DNA of 62,219 bases, counting the filler, from Asterionella formosa (taxonomy: Eukaryota): the NCBI GenBank assembly GCA_002256025.1. It is 23 parts of 23 records of this genome, joined end to end, with 100 filler letters (N's around TTAATTAATTAA, not from the genome) between each part and the next. Parts side by side here need not be neighbours in the genome. Positions count along the whole stretch, not along the records: positions 10,863 to 13,477 come from NKIB01015050.1; positions 13,578 to 16,191 come from NKIB01015051.1; positions 16,292 to 18,905 come from NKIB01015052.1; positions 19,006 to 21,618 come from NKIB01015053.1; positions 21,719 to 24,331 come from NKIB01015054.1; 18 more parts are not named here. One strand, given 5' to 3'. Position numbers and translations under genes: made by a program. This document shows, one piece after another, positions 11,342 to 23,003 of the stretch. The stretch's first letter is position 1; every line of letters starts with the position of its first letter. Below the pieces are notes generated by a model. The model searched no databases, was not told the origin of the DNA, and was given only the letters and a program-made list of their open reading frames with translations.

Positions 11342-13476
11342 CGCTCCTCGGCTGTTGCCAGGGAACTGGCAGTCAGGGTATCGACGTGCGCAGCTCCTAG
11401 AAGCACATTTCGGAATGTTCTGAACAGGTTTCCTTGCAGTGGTTTCGTAAAGAAATCCCCCAACATTTCCAACGTTGGACAATGGCGAATGGTGATTCCT
11501 TCATCTACCGATCGATCCTTAATCCAGAAATAGCGGATGTTGATATGCCGAGACTTTGGCCCTGCCGAAATTCGTCCGTTCTTCTCGAGTTTAATTGCGC
11601 TCTCGTTGTCTTGTTCGAAGAAACTTTCTTGAATCTTGTATCCCTGTGCTTCAAGAAACATTTTTACCCACAGCGTGTTCGGGAGATAATCGCTGGCGCC
11701 CACAAATTCAGCCTCCGTCGAACTCTTTGTGTTCAATTTCTGCTTGGTCGACTTGCATATGATGCCTCCAGTTCCAAAAGACATCACGCCACCGGTGTGG
11801 CTCTTCATGTCAGGGTGCACGGCAAAAGCCGCATCCACCCACGACCTCATCTTGCCCATGTCGTCGGCTCCAATGGTGTATTCCACATCCATACTTCCAT
11901 TTATGTATTCCAACACCCGTCGTAGCTTTTGCTGATCTTGTTTGGTGCTTTTTGACACCCTGGTGCATAGGAAACTGACCGCCAGTAGCAAATCCGCTCT
12001 TGCCCTGATCGAAACGTAAAGCAGTTTCGCCACTACACTATGGAAAATCTCGGCTTCGTTCTGGCTCAAAAAAGGAGACTCCTCATCCACTTCGAATAAA
12101 CACTTCTGGGCTGGCGTGGCCACTTCCCGTGTGATTGCCATCCCTGACTCGCTCAATGCTTCCTTAAGATATTCCTTCATAGTAATGACAGCTGTGCCCT
12201 TGCCTGTGTAATGTATATGCATACCCAGGAAAATGTGCTCTGTTCCTCTGGTGACAGTCATTTTATCAAAGCGCTCCTCGATTTTTTCGATAATTGATGT
12301 CACGACGTCCGGGTCCACATGCGAAATCTTGTTGTCGTCTACATACCACGCAATCGTGCACTGCTTCCCGTTGATTGTGCAGTTAGCAATGCAAGAGTCG
12401 TAAGGGTTTAACACAAAACCCATCTCTTTTAGGGTGTTGTGGAATAAATCATACCATAGTAGGGCAGATTTGACGCACCCATAAATCGCTTTCACTAGCC
12501 TGACGTACAACACTTTGTTTCCTTTCTCGTTGGACACAAAATTCGTGTGCTCTGGATTCATGTTGCATAATATATCGACTGATTCACCAGTGAATTTCAT
12601 AACAACGAAATCATCCATATCTGCTTTCAAATACGCACCCGCCACATCTGCTGTGGCGACATCTCTTCCTTCATGTGCATCAATCATGATGGACAACATG
12701 AGCGCATCGGTGGATACTGTTGGAGATGCCGTTTGCGACTTGTCATAAAGTGATCGCTGTGGTCTCCCGTCGGCTACTGTACGCCCCTTGAGGCGTCCGT
12801 CTCTCTTCTCTTTGATGAGATTGATGGCTCGGAGCGCTCCCGTCCTCTGTTCCCTGGTAAGGGAGTTCGCGCTTACGGGTTCGTACACATCCAGCTCCTC
12901 TAGTTGTGCAAATTCTCTCATCAGGGCGGCCTCCGCCGCTTTCCCGTGTTTCTTTATTCCTGCCTTCGCGGTCATCTGGTTCATTACATACCCAAAAATA
13001 TGTTTACTTGTGTTGTCGTCTGCGTATGGCATCGTTGTTCGAAATCCGCGTTGTACGAACTGTCTTGGTGGAAAGTATGACTTGTTGCTATGCGGTGCAT
13101 CAATGGCCTGCTTGAACTGTTCACTTGTGGCTACCCGGCGTTGTCGGGGATTATGTGGTCTGTGTTCCCCTGCCAACGCTCCTTGATCTGCCACCTCGTA
13201 GTCGTTGTCAGAACCCGCTTCTTGATTGGCTTCTTCAATGGTCGCTGTCTCTTCCATAGACGCTCCTTGTTCCAAGTGCGCTCCTTGGTTTTCGTTGTTG
13301 TGTTCATGTTGTATGTAGTCATCGTAGACAAGCGTGACGTCATCAACGTCGATCGTGTTTGGGTCTCCTGGGTCCGGGTCGACTGGATTTGGCTCGACTA
13401 GCGGTGCATCGTCCAAAACCGTAGGGTGTGGCCCATCATGGAGCAGATCGGCAACTTCGTGATCATCGATGGCATC
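11095..13476 (-). CDS. Ty1/Copia (CoDi-like) pol RT-RNase H, copy 3
   Basis: Near-identical to copies 1 and 2, with its own silent changes. Confidence 0.96.
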   Translation of the reverse strand, partial: DAIDDHEVADLLHDGPHPTVLDDAPLVEPNPVDPDPGDPNTIDVDDVTLVYDDYIQHEHNNENQGAHLEQGASMEETATIEEANQEAGSDNDYEVADQGALAGEHRPHNPRQRRVATSEQFKQAIDAPHSNKSYFPPRQFVQRGFRTTMPYADDNTSKHIFGYVMNQMTAKAGIKKHGKAAEAALMREFAQLEELDVYEPVSANSLTREQRTGALRAINLIKEKRDGRLKGRTVADGRPQRSLYDKSQTASPTVSTDALMLSIMIDAHEGRDVATADVAGAYLKADMDDFVVMKFTGESVDILCNMNPEHTNFVSNEKGNKVLYVRLVKAIYGCVKSALLWYDLFHNTLKEMGFVLNPYDSCIANCTINGKQCTIAWYVDDNKISHVDPDVVTSIIEKIEERFDKMTVTRGTEHIFLGMHIHYTGKGTAVITMKEYLKEALSESGMAITREVATPAQKCLFEVDEESPFLSQNEAEIFHSVVAKLLYVSIRARADLLLAVSFLCTRVSKSTKQDQQKLRRVLEYINGSMDVEYTIGADDMGKMRSWVDAAFAVHPDMKSHTGGVMSFGTGGIICKSTKQKLNTKSSTEAEFVGASDYLPNTLWVKMFLEAQGYKIQESFFEQDNESAIKLEKNGRISAGPKSRHINIRYFWIKDRSVDEGITIRHCPTLEMLGDFFTKPLQGNLFRTFRNVLLGAAHVDTLTASSLATAEERVEKIRADCHRTGVKGIVDTREYSTTVKTVQPLPRVTWADVVKGTTQGKAIRGQEKMLKCSVSNKSVSRPLSRNNPVSKVKV

Positions 13477-13814
13477 ANNNNNNNNNNNNNNNNNNNNNNN
13501 NNNNNNNNNNNNNNNNNNNNNTTAATTAATTAANNNNNNNNNNNNNNNNNNNNNNNNNNNNNNNNNNNNNNNNNNNNAAGCCTCATCATACTCAATAACC
13601 CAGAAGGGCTAAAGCCAGACGATCTATTGATTCAAAGCGAATACTATAGTATGGAGATGGATGATGATGTTCATCAAATGTGCATCAGCCATGTGATTCG
13701 GGTATTTTTTGTTACATGAAAAATCATCATCCTCATCATAAAATCATTACCATCATCATCAGCCACCAGTTGAAGCATCAAGAACAAAAGTGTGACGATA
13801 AATCGGATACGACC

Positions 13815-14045
13815 AGTACCACCAGGGTACCAAAGTGCGAATGTAGCCCCAGGTACCTACCGGTAATACCGATAGCGGCTAATCCTACACACTGTTCGGT
13901 ACCAGGTACCTGGTACCCTGCAACAAACAGCAACAATCTTTTGTCCTTTTCAAGTCCAATTCACTTGCGATGCACCTCCAATTGTACCTGGTACCAGGTA
14001 CCAGGTACCCACCCAAGTATGAACTTCTCGAGTTACTGGTATCTG
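13815..14045. repeat. Cluster of TA-CCWGG / TA-CCGG modules
   Basis: ggtaccaggtacctggtaccc (~13898) and gtacctggtaccaggtaccaggtaccc (~13984), with mixed CCAGG and CCTGG orientation. Confidence 0.85.
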
Positions 14046-14164
14046 GATTTTCTCCAAATGAACTGTCTACCATGTCTTGAACTCGTAATTCATGTGGTGG
14101 TCTCAATTTCAATTTTCTGTTTCTTTCATTAGTTGCAATGAAACCTAAAAAAATGTTGAACAAC

Positions 14165-15225
14165 TCTCCAATGGGCCTCTCCTGGATTCTCTAAATTTTG
14201 GTAGAGTTCCCAACATACATTCTTTGCGCATCCGGTCCAACTTTCTTCTCAAAATACAACAGTTTACTGACTATGGAATGATATTCTTTAGTATGAAGAG
14301 TCACTTTGTCTGGATTCTTTCTGAGAAAAATTCCTGGCAATGCTGGGTTTGATGCATCTCTTGGATACTTTCCAAAAATATCATGATAATCTTGGAGCAT
14401 AACATGCCCAAAATCCTCCATGCTTGACTCCAAATAGCGTCCCATTTGATCCTGTCCCCAATCTTTCCCCACTCCCAAATGTTTCTTCAAAGGGCCCAGC
14501 TCCTTGTTTATGAAATTTTTTATGATTTCATTTTTGAACCATTTAATATCATTTGGCTTTCCAGCAATCGCACAATCATCAACATGTGTAGCAATTATTA
14601 GGATTAGTGCATTGTTTTCCTTGACAAAGAATACACACTGATTGACCTTGCTTGCTTTGCTGCAATACAACTTTGGTCCAGTTTTGAACCATTTTTTTGA
14701 AGAATTGTTGTATGCATTTGTTTTTCATTGTTTCTTGTGTTTCGAAACCTAACTCTAAAACCCCATCTGGTCATTCAATGCAGAATGCTCTTTCTTGTCT
14801 CCTTTAAGAAAACCAGCTTGACATTAATGATTTCACAAAACAAAATGTTTTCCTCAGACTTATCTCATTTGTATTATGAGAGGGCAAATATCATACGCAT
14901 TCATGTCTGAAGTATCTGTTGCAACTAGATCGAATGAATCAGTGAAATCTAGTCCAGGGATCTGAACATAGCCTTTCACTACAATATGTCCTTTGTATCG
15001 AATACATTTATCCTGTTCGTTCTTAAATACCAAGCAAATTTTTAAAGGTTTTGTGCCATTGAAATTGTCACAAGGAACCAGTTTCCAAAAATTTCGCTTG
15101 TAGAAGTTGTTGATTTCATTTTTAATGGCAACGGCCCACTGATTGCTCTCATCTCCTTTCATAGCCTACTTGTAATGCTTTGGATCCCCAGGATCTGAAG
15201 CAAGAGTAGCAAAATACGCATAGAA
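14165..15225 (-). pseudogene. Degenerate Ty1/Copia reverse transcriptase of a second family
   Basis: DPGDPKHYK*AM...W..AIKNE, YKGHIVVKGYVQIPGLDF, IIATHVDD and LGPLKKHLGV motifs, broken by stops and frameshifts. Confidence 0.85.
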
Positions 15226-16291
15226 CCTTGGCTCTCTATTCCTACTTCACATTAAAACAGTTCATCATTTTCTTGAATGTCCAGCCCTTCAGCATAATGT
15301 ATATTTCTTCGATTGTTTCTTTTTCCTTCTCATCATGTTTCAAGTTGCGACGAGCACTACATTGGCAAGTGACTTCTTTTCGACCTTCTGGTAAATTACA
15401 AAGGTTTCCGGATTCCCTTTGGGGAAAATCTCCAAACACCCAAAATCACCATGGCAAAGCTCATTCGAACGCTGGGGGCTGTGACGCGTCCGGCTAATTG
15501 CATGCTAAATTGTACACAAAACAGTGTTTGCATTGGAGTGAAAGGAAGCGATTAAATAACAGGTAAATTTCGTAAAGTAATCTATATTAATGCATCTAAC
15601 TACGATTGCGATGAAATCGACCTCGCAATGGCATCAAAACAAGAAGTGTTCGCTGCCAAATTGGCATGTGCGAAAGCTGTCCTAACGCTGCGGCTAAGAC
15701 AATCACCTTGGTGGTTGGGGACTCACCTACTACACTAACAAAAAAATGCTATGCTTAGCATTTTTACAACTACCGTATTTAGGAACTGCTTGTATTTAGT
15801 TTGATTTCATTTGGATTTAGAAAATAAGTGGTTGTTGGGAATTATATTTGTGGTTGTGGATCAAGAAATTATTTTGATTGGATGTACCAAAATTCGCGCC
15901 CACTGGGTACTCGGAGCATACTGGATACAAAACGAAAAACAGAACGAATTTCGCCGCCAACATGCTTGATTGCAAAACAGCCCACACCTATTTGTGATGT
16001 TGTTCTTGAGACCATTTTAAATGCTCCGACACATATTCTTGCTGCTTCTGTAACGCAGCCAGTGATTTCTGTTGCTATTTCAGGTCTGTACCCCATTCAT
16101 CAAGATTTTCCTGCTGCTGCGTCAATCCAATCGATTCATCCAATTCTGAAGTGAACGAATCTGCGTTGCTTTCTCGCTTTCCATGGGCAGTNNNNNNNNN
16201 NNNNNNNNNNNNNNNNNNNNNNNNNNNNNNNNNNNTTAATTAATTAANNNNNNNNNNNNNNNNNNNNNNNNNNNNNNNNNNNNNNNNNNNN

Positions 16292-17175
16292 AAGCTCCTA
16301 ACTATACAGATACGGAAATATGCTGTTATGGCTGAAGTACTCCAGCACCATTCTATATGAAATGGTCTGTTAAAGAAACTGACTCATTGGGATATCGATA
16401 AACTCCAACCGACTTCAAACTTTGGTCTTCAAATCTTAAAACAGGATTGAAATGGAACTTGACCATTTGTATGGTTACCTATGCATACATCAACAAACTT
16501 GTGCATCAATGAAAGTGTTGTTAGTTGCAGATACACTCATGAGTTATCCTGATCGTTATTTTCCTTTCCATATTTTTTACTAATGTTTCTGATTGTCAAT
16601 AAAGAAACTTTCAACGAATTTCGCTCTATGTCATTGAATGCGGTTCTACATGTTCACACTGAACATCAAATTTTTTCTTTATTACCCTACACAGAAACTC
16701 AGCGTGTTCTCCGGTGGAGGATTTATATTGAAGAATATCTTCTCACTTTTCACAATATGAAGGGTACTGATAATGTGAAATATTACAGATTCTATCTCTT
16801 GCCTCCCGAGGCTTGAGTCTTTGGTGGGGGATGATATTGGACCGAAATCTTCAGCATCAACATCCATTTCTACTTTCTCAATTGAAGTAGATGATGAACC
16901 TTTGTTTACCTGTTCCCTCAATCATCCAATTTTGGCAGACAATATTCAATATCCTCTGGAATATTACTCAATACATGATAGACCATTGCTGGATATACAA
17001 TTGATTCTCAATCAAACAACTCATCTCATTCTCAATCAACAAACCAAACACATCTGTTAAATTTTCCCTCTATCAATTTTCATCATATACATTTAATGTA
17101 TTTTGTGAAGAATCCAGGAGATACCTGACGTATTGTTATTCCTACATCACTATCGAATCCTATGGTACAGTTACT
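16292..17175 (+). pseudogene. Degenerate Ty3/Gypsy pol (RT connection/RNase H; integrase largely missing)
   Basis: FVW...MKVLLVADTLMSYPDRYFPFHIF, then EFRSM...LHVHTEH...TQRVLRWRIYIEEY...KGTDNV. Confidence 0.85.
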
Positions 17176-17266
17176 TTTCAACAAACTATGCATACAACGG
17201 AACGAATTAATATCCATTACATCAAACCTTTTCAAAGGTAAAAGGTTTTCCCTTGGTGTGGGAGAG

Positions 17267-17463
17267 TGAGCGATCTTGCGCATCAATACAGATGTATATA
17301 GGGTTAGTGTTATATCATATATGTATAAGAACTCAATAATGAGAGAACTCGACTAACCCTCATTGTATACTTTGGTGTCGACTTGGAGAACGAGTTACAC
17401 ACAAGGATTAACAAATAAGCTCATATATTCAACAAATACTACTACTTCTAGTTAGATACTTCA
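17267..17463 (+). mobile_element. 3' LTR (197 bp) of the Gypsy family
   Basis: TG...CA termini, preceded by the purine tract GGGAGAG. Aligns end-to-end with the reverse complement of 42057-42251. Confidence 0.9.
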
Positions 17464-17709
17464 CCTGGTACCTCGTACCGGTTTTAGTACATACTCCATA
17501 ATATCATAGTAAGTCATAACTACCGTCCAATATAATTCTCTATTTATCTACTGGTGTACATCAATGCTCCATGTCAGGTGCGTATCAGCCAGGTACCTGG
17601 TACCTGGTACCGGTACATCCAATGCATCACGTACCGACCTCAAGCTAAGTACGGTATGAACCATCAGAATCCGTCATCCGTTTTACACTGTAAAAAAGTA
17701 TTGAATGCA

Positions 17710-17867
17710 GGGAGTCATTATTAGGTTTTCCCTCACCTAAAATTCCAAAAACTGAAAAGGAAGTTTAACTTCGTCTGTAGCCTTGCACCAACATTTGTCT
17801 GTAGGACAAGAAGATATTCTCAATCATTTCCTGAATTTTAGGTGCGGAATAACCTAAAATGACCCTC
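17710..17867. mobile_element. MITE-like element with ~35-bp imperfect terminal inverted repeats
   Basis: gggagtcattattaggttttccctcacctaaaattc (17710-17745) pairs with gaattttaggtgcggaataacctaaaatgaccctc (17833-17867). No clear TSD. Confidence 0.6.
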
Positions 17868-19005
17868 AGGGGCAATTAATTTAACCTAAAATTCCCCACC
17901 TTCTAGGTAATTTTTAGGCTCGAAGTAATTTCTCAAGTAATTTTTATTTAAGGGCAATATGGGGCACATCGAATTTTTCGGCAATAAAATTGCCGATTTT
18001 AGCATAATAACCAGAATAACAGTAAAATGCATAGAGATGGTACAACAAGCGTAAAACACACGAGAATGATTGTAACATGCAACATCAATTGAACAAGATG
18101 TTTGGAGCAACCAAAGTATGAAATGCGATGTAATAAGTAGCATCAAATGAGAAGTAGAAAAAATTGTTTTGGGTTAGAAATGAAGTAAATAATAAGAGTT
18201 TCCATGGAGATGTATACATTGTGAATCATTGTATTGGTACTTAAACAGGCAAAATTGACTTTCCATCAGCACCACACAATCGAAGACCGAAAGAAGAAAA
18301 AGAAAAAAGCTAAACCCAATTTAGACCTGCATCATTATGTAGCGTAAATGGTCTTGTTGGTGCAACCATGCGCATCGCTGTAGTAGCCTGACACCAGTAG
18401 CAGTATTTCCGCCACAGTCATTCCTCTCCGCTGCCCACCAAACAAGCAACCCTGATCATTCCATTCTGAGCAAGCGTGATCGCCATGCTGCTCCAGAACT
18501 ATTGACTCTCTCTAGCTGAGTATTCATGTAGCTTCTGATACGAACGCGTAGTAGAAATGTAGCAAAGCGCGTTAGTACAAGAAAAGCATTGCTTGGCGGC
18601 AATATTGACATCATTGTCAACGACTATATAAATCAACAAATATGATCAACAACGGCACAATACCACATCTTCAATGAGTAGTCATTGATAAATGCATTGG
18701 TTCTTATGTAGATATATACAATCGAAACAAAACGACAGTGCGGAACGACAAACAACGACGGAAGCGATCAAAACAAAATCCGTTGCCTCAAACCTGCTTG
18801 GCGTGTGCGTACACACACTGTCGACTTGTTTTCATTGGTATGTTGTTCTTGTATTCACTGTTGAACTTGTCCGCATCTCTGTTACCATCAATAGAGCGAC
18901 AAGTGNNNNNNNNNNNNNNNNNNNNNNNNNNNNNNNNNNNNNNNNNNNNTTAATTAATTAANNNNNNNNNNNNNNNNNNNNNNNNNNNNNNNNNNNNNNN
19001 NNNNN

Positions 19006-19749
19006 ACAACAATTGGCAATGTCATGGTTGCAGCAGTCGACACTAGATAATATGCCCAGAGACTATACTTTGTTGCAATTCTATGCTTTGGCAGTGTTTA
19101 ATTATGCGACTGGTGATACACTTTCAAAAAATCTTTCAGTGGCACACTTCCTCCTGAGATTGGAAACTTGACAAGTTTTTTGTATCTAAGTTTGTTTTAC
19201 AATACCTTCACTGGCACACTTCCCACAGAAATTGGACTCTTGACAAGTCTCACTGATCTATATTTGTCCTCCAATTCTTTCACTGGCACACTTCCGACTG
19301 AGATTGGACTCTTGACAAGACTCTATTATCTATATTTTTACAACAATTATTTCAATGAGACACTTCCTACAGAGATTGGACTCTTGACAAGTTTGTTTTT
19401 TCTATCTTTGAGCAGAAATTCTTTCACTGGGACACTTCCCACAGAGATTGGATTCTTGACAAGTCTCAATTATCTATATTTGTCCTCTAATTCTTTCGAT
19501 GGCACACTTCCGACTGAGATTGGACTCTTGACAAGTCTCGATTATCTAGATTTGTACTCCAATACTTTCACTGGGACACTTCCGACTGAGATTGGACTCT
19601 TGACATGACTCTATAATCTTATTCTAAAGAACAATAGATTCACAGGATCAGTGCCAACTCAGATTGGTCTTTTGACAAGTCTCAGTGGACTAGGATTGAG
19701 TAACAATTCATTTACTGGTTCAGTTCCCCCAGACTTTGGTCCTATCTAA
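19006..19749 (+). pseudogene. Leucine-rich-repeat protein fragment (24-aa GTLPTEIGLLTxL repeats), disrupted
   Basis: Eight 72-nt repeats from 19141. In-frame TGA at 19606-19608, and a frameshift after the QFYALAVFNYATG cap motif. Confidence 0.85.
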
Positions 19750-20149
19750 TATTCGTGGTGCACGTGTGAGGGACAGAATCAAACAATATAAGTATGACAT
19801 TACTGTATTTGGATTAATGTTTACTTGCATGACAATTTAACTATGAATATACATAAATACATTTATTTTATATATAATAAGGTAAGTTAAAAGTATGTAC
19901 ATAATAATAATGTAGTAGTGGTATGAACGAAATTGATACACTCCTCAGCGTACACTTCGCTGTACACCAATACGGATAGGAAAGGTAGAGTGCTGTGTAA
20001 GGTACCAGGTACTCCCTCACTCATCTCTGTCTGCTTCGAAAAGCTGATTTGCTTGTTGCTGTTGTGACGATCACTTCCTAGTACTCACAACTTACTTTCA
20101 TTTGATTCCCTCATCGATCTTGGTATCGTTTCCAGAACAAGTTCCCATG

Positions 20150-20178
20150 TTACCTTACCTTACCTTACCTTACCTTAC
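20150..20178. repeat. (TTACC)n microsatellite
   Basis: About six tandem copies read directly. Confidence 0.9.
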
Positions 20179-20368
20179 TTGATTGAGACTTTCTCCGCAA
20201 CAAGCTCGCTCATGACGGAGAAACAACGACGACATAAAGTCATCAATGAATGACATGGAACCGAATGAACTACACAGACAACACTCCAGTAAGAAGCTGC
20301 TAAAGTACTACAGTACAACTACCGGTACACTGCTTGTGTTGAGAACAGAGTCAACCAACGATGTCTGT

Positions 20369-21618
20369 TCATCCCTCTAGTATTACCAGTACTCGACTAC
20401 TCCTATTCCTACTGGTATGAACTGGTTTGAGTTCATCATTGTGGATCATAATTGCAGAGGTGGTGGTTGGCATTACTATACATTCCTCATGACTGCAGCC
20501 AGCCAGCAGTTGGTTTGGATTAGGTTCCGGTAAAATCAGGTCATATAGCATGACACTGGCATGAGATGAATAAGTACCAGCTATGGTATGTATTAATTGG
20601 GAAGTCTCGTGAGACAAAGAAATACCTTGAGGTATAACCCGTTCATGTATTAAGGATAACGATCCTCCACTATCGAATAATACTCGTAGTATTTGATGTA
20701 TTGGTATATTATCCACCAATCTTGGCGCTAAAAGGGACATCGGAATCAAATCAATTGATGTTAATATATCCTTCGAAGTAAAACAGGAAACCGGAATTGG
20801 GCCCTGATATGTATATGGAACATCATGTCCATCAATACAGTTATATATATCCCGCATTACAGCAACAGCAGTATCCATAGTGTATTCAACCTGTAAATAA
20901 ACAATATTATTCAGGTGATGACTAACGTGAGATATACTCAACGAGTCATTATAAATAGCATCGCTATTATCACACATACCTCTGTAATGGCGATCAGCAA
21001 TCTGCTGTTGTATAGTAGGGACAAAAGTCACTATCTGGCCAGCAGGAGGGTTCGTGACCACTGAAATTTCCTGGGCAGATGTATTCTCGGTAGGATCGGC
21101 ATGTGGCACGGTACCCCAACCGGATGGACGAGTATTATGACTCCATGTATTTAACATACGAGCATGTGGAACAGGCACAGGGTTAGCAGTGTCAGTATGA
21201 TAGCTTTCCGTAGGATTGCTGTGTGCACCGCCTCCACAACCACCAAAATGTCCTCGTCTACCAAAACTGGAACGGCCACGTCCATTAATATGACGACCAG
21301 TCATACAACCTGCTCGACCACCTTGAGTACGAGGATTCTGGAAACAATTGCCCCAAGTATGTACACCTTCAGGATGTACCGGGCAAGGACCACGATAATC
21401 ATGGTACGTACGACTGGCTTGTAGAGCTTGATGACGAACAGTTGCCTGACGATCCCATGCGCGTCCGGCTGCATTGACAATAGCACGCGCCCTTCCACGA
21501 CCACTTGGAGTAAAATTATCCTTGTAGAATTGACGACTGACACGCTCGTTTTCTTGACGCATCACACGATTGCCTTCAGCAATGCGAAGACGGTTCTGTG
21601 TGATTGTTTGAAAACTGT
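20369..21618 (-). mobile_element. Gypsy gag C-terminus plus aspartic protease, truncated after the protease
   Basis: CPVHPEGVHTWGNC zinc-knuckle variant, RGG-rich tract and VLFDSGGSLSLI protease motif. About 20907-21618 is near-identical to 40690-41403. Confidence 0.88.
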
Positions 21619-21796
21619 NNNNNNNNNNNNNNNNNNNNNNNNNNNNNNNNNNNNNNNNNNNNTTAATTAATTAANNNNNNNNNNNNNNNNNNNNNNNNNN
21701 NNNNNNNNNNNNNNNNNNAATTTTGGTCAATATGTCTATATACATAAATGTATGATTTCGACCATTTGAAAAATTGGTGATGACTCCCGTTTATTA

Positions 21797-23003
21797 AGGG
21801 GCTTAATTAAATCAGCCACTGACTTGTAGGTACAAGAATTGACACAAAACAAATTGAAAAAATTCAACAGGTCGTGGAAAACTATGAACTCATCATGAAT
21901 TGTATATATTTGAATTATGTATAATCAAAATTGATATTAGTATACACAGGATGTGCCGTATAATGAGCGTGTTTAAAACTATGCAAATGTTCAACTATAT
22001 ATACATTTAAAATTCTTACAAATTTTTATATATATGTATTCATGGCTGAAACATTTGAAATCATGTTTTCATGTTCCTTGTCATGCATACACTTTGCTCC
22101 TGAAATGAAGGATTAACACAGATGATGACGCGGAAAACGAAAGTGATAATACATCACAATGATACTTGCGGCTTAGAAGAGAAGGGCGGAATCAATTGAT
22201 GCTAAGTCAAGAGCAAATGCTTTTCATGTTCCTTGTCATGCTGCATCCACTTCCTGAAATGAAGTATCTCAAGCAACACATGATGCGAAAAACTGAAGTG
22301 ACAATACAGCACGATGATACACCATGCGGCTAAGAATGAGTGAATATGATGGAGAAGGGCGGAATCAACAAGCTATGCAACAAAGCATCACGGTTTGTCA
22401 AGAGCAAATGCTAGGATGATCAATTGCTGGGAATAAAAATACGGAATGATTCGTCCCCTTTCAGTGATTCAATAGCTCCTTTTCGATTTGGTGGCTGGCC
22501 AACCATCAATGTGTACAAAAGAAATCAGTAAGTGCTATCATCTTTGGATCAATCCACAACTGTTAGAAAAACTGACACATATGTGTTGCTTCTTTCAGGA
22601 TAATGGTAGACAAACAGTATTCGTAAGTTACAAACAGCAGTGTTGGAGCCCTTTTATTGATCGATACTTTCTCATTCAATCTTCAACTGACACGCACATT
22701 ATTTTACAGATATATGCATCACTTACTTCCTCAATTTGTGGTAAGTGAAGGCAGATAGAAGCGAAATGCATGTTGTTGTGTAAGCAAAAAACATGAAAAG
22801 CTAACTTTGAATTGCTTCTCTTTGTTAGTATGGCTGATTGGAACAACGAAACGGATTCAATAGTGCGTGAATGCAAACTCAGAACCCTCACGATTAAATG
22901 GAATAAAGCAAGCAGGGGAACAACGGCAAGGCAACCAGTACAACAACCTTCAGAATTGGATTCTTGGGGGGAATGTGGAAGTGAAAGTGAAAGTGAAAGC
23001 TGA
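21797..23003 (+). repeat. Dispersed repeat family copy A: begins GGGGCTTAA, carries three short introns and two micro-exons
   Basis: Collinear similarity with 36352-37560. Internal tandem duplication at 22067-22412. Introns 22528-22598, 22623-22709 and 22741-22828 (GTAAGT...CTRAC...YAG). Confidence 0.65.

Noticed and set aside
5433..13477. Three Copia copies as a proven tandem array
   Set aside because: Their adjacency results from sorting contigs by equal length.
19141..19716. Diversity-generating retroelement behind the LRR variation
   Set aside because: No template/variable repeat pair with adenine-specific differences, and no DGR-type reverse transcriptase.
20150..20178. (TTACC)n as a telomeric repeat
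   Set aside because: Short, internal and not TTAGGG-type; simple slippage explains it.
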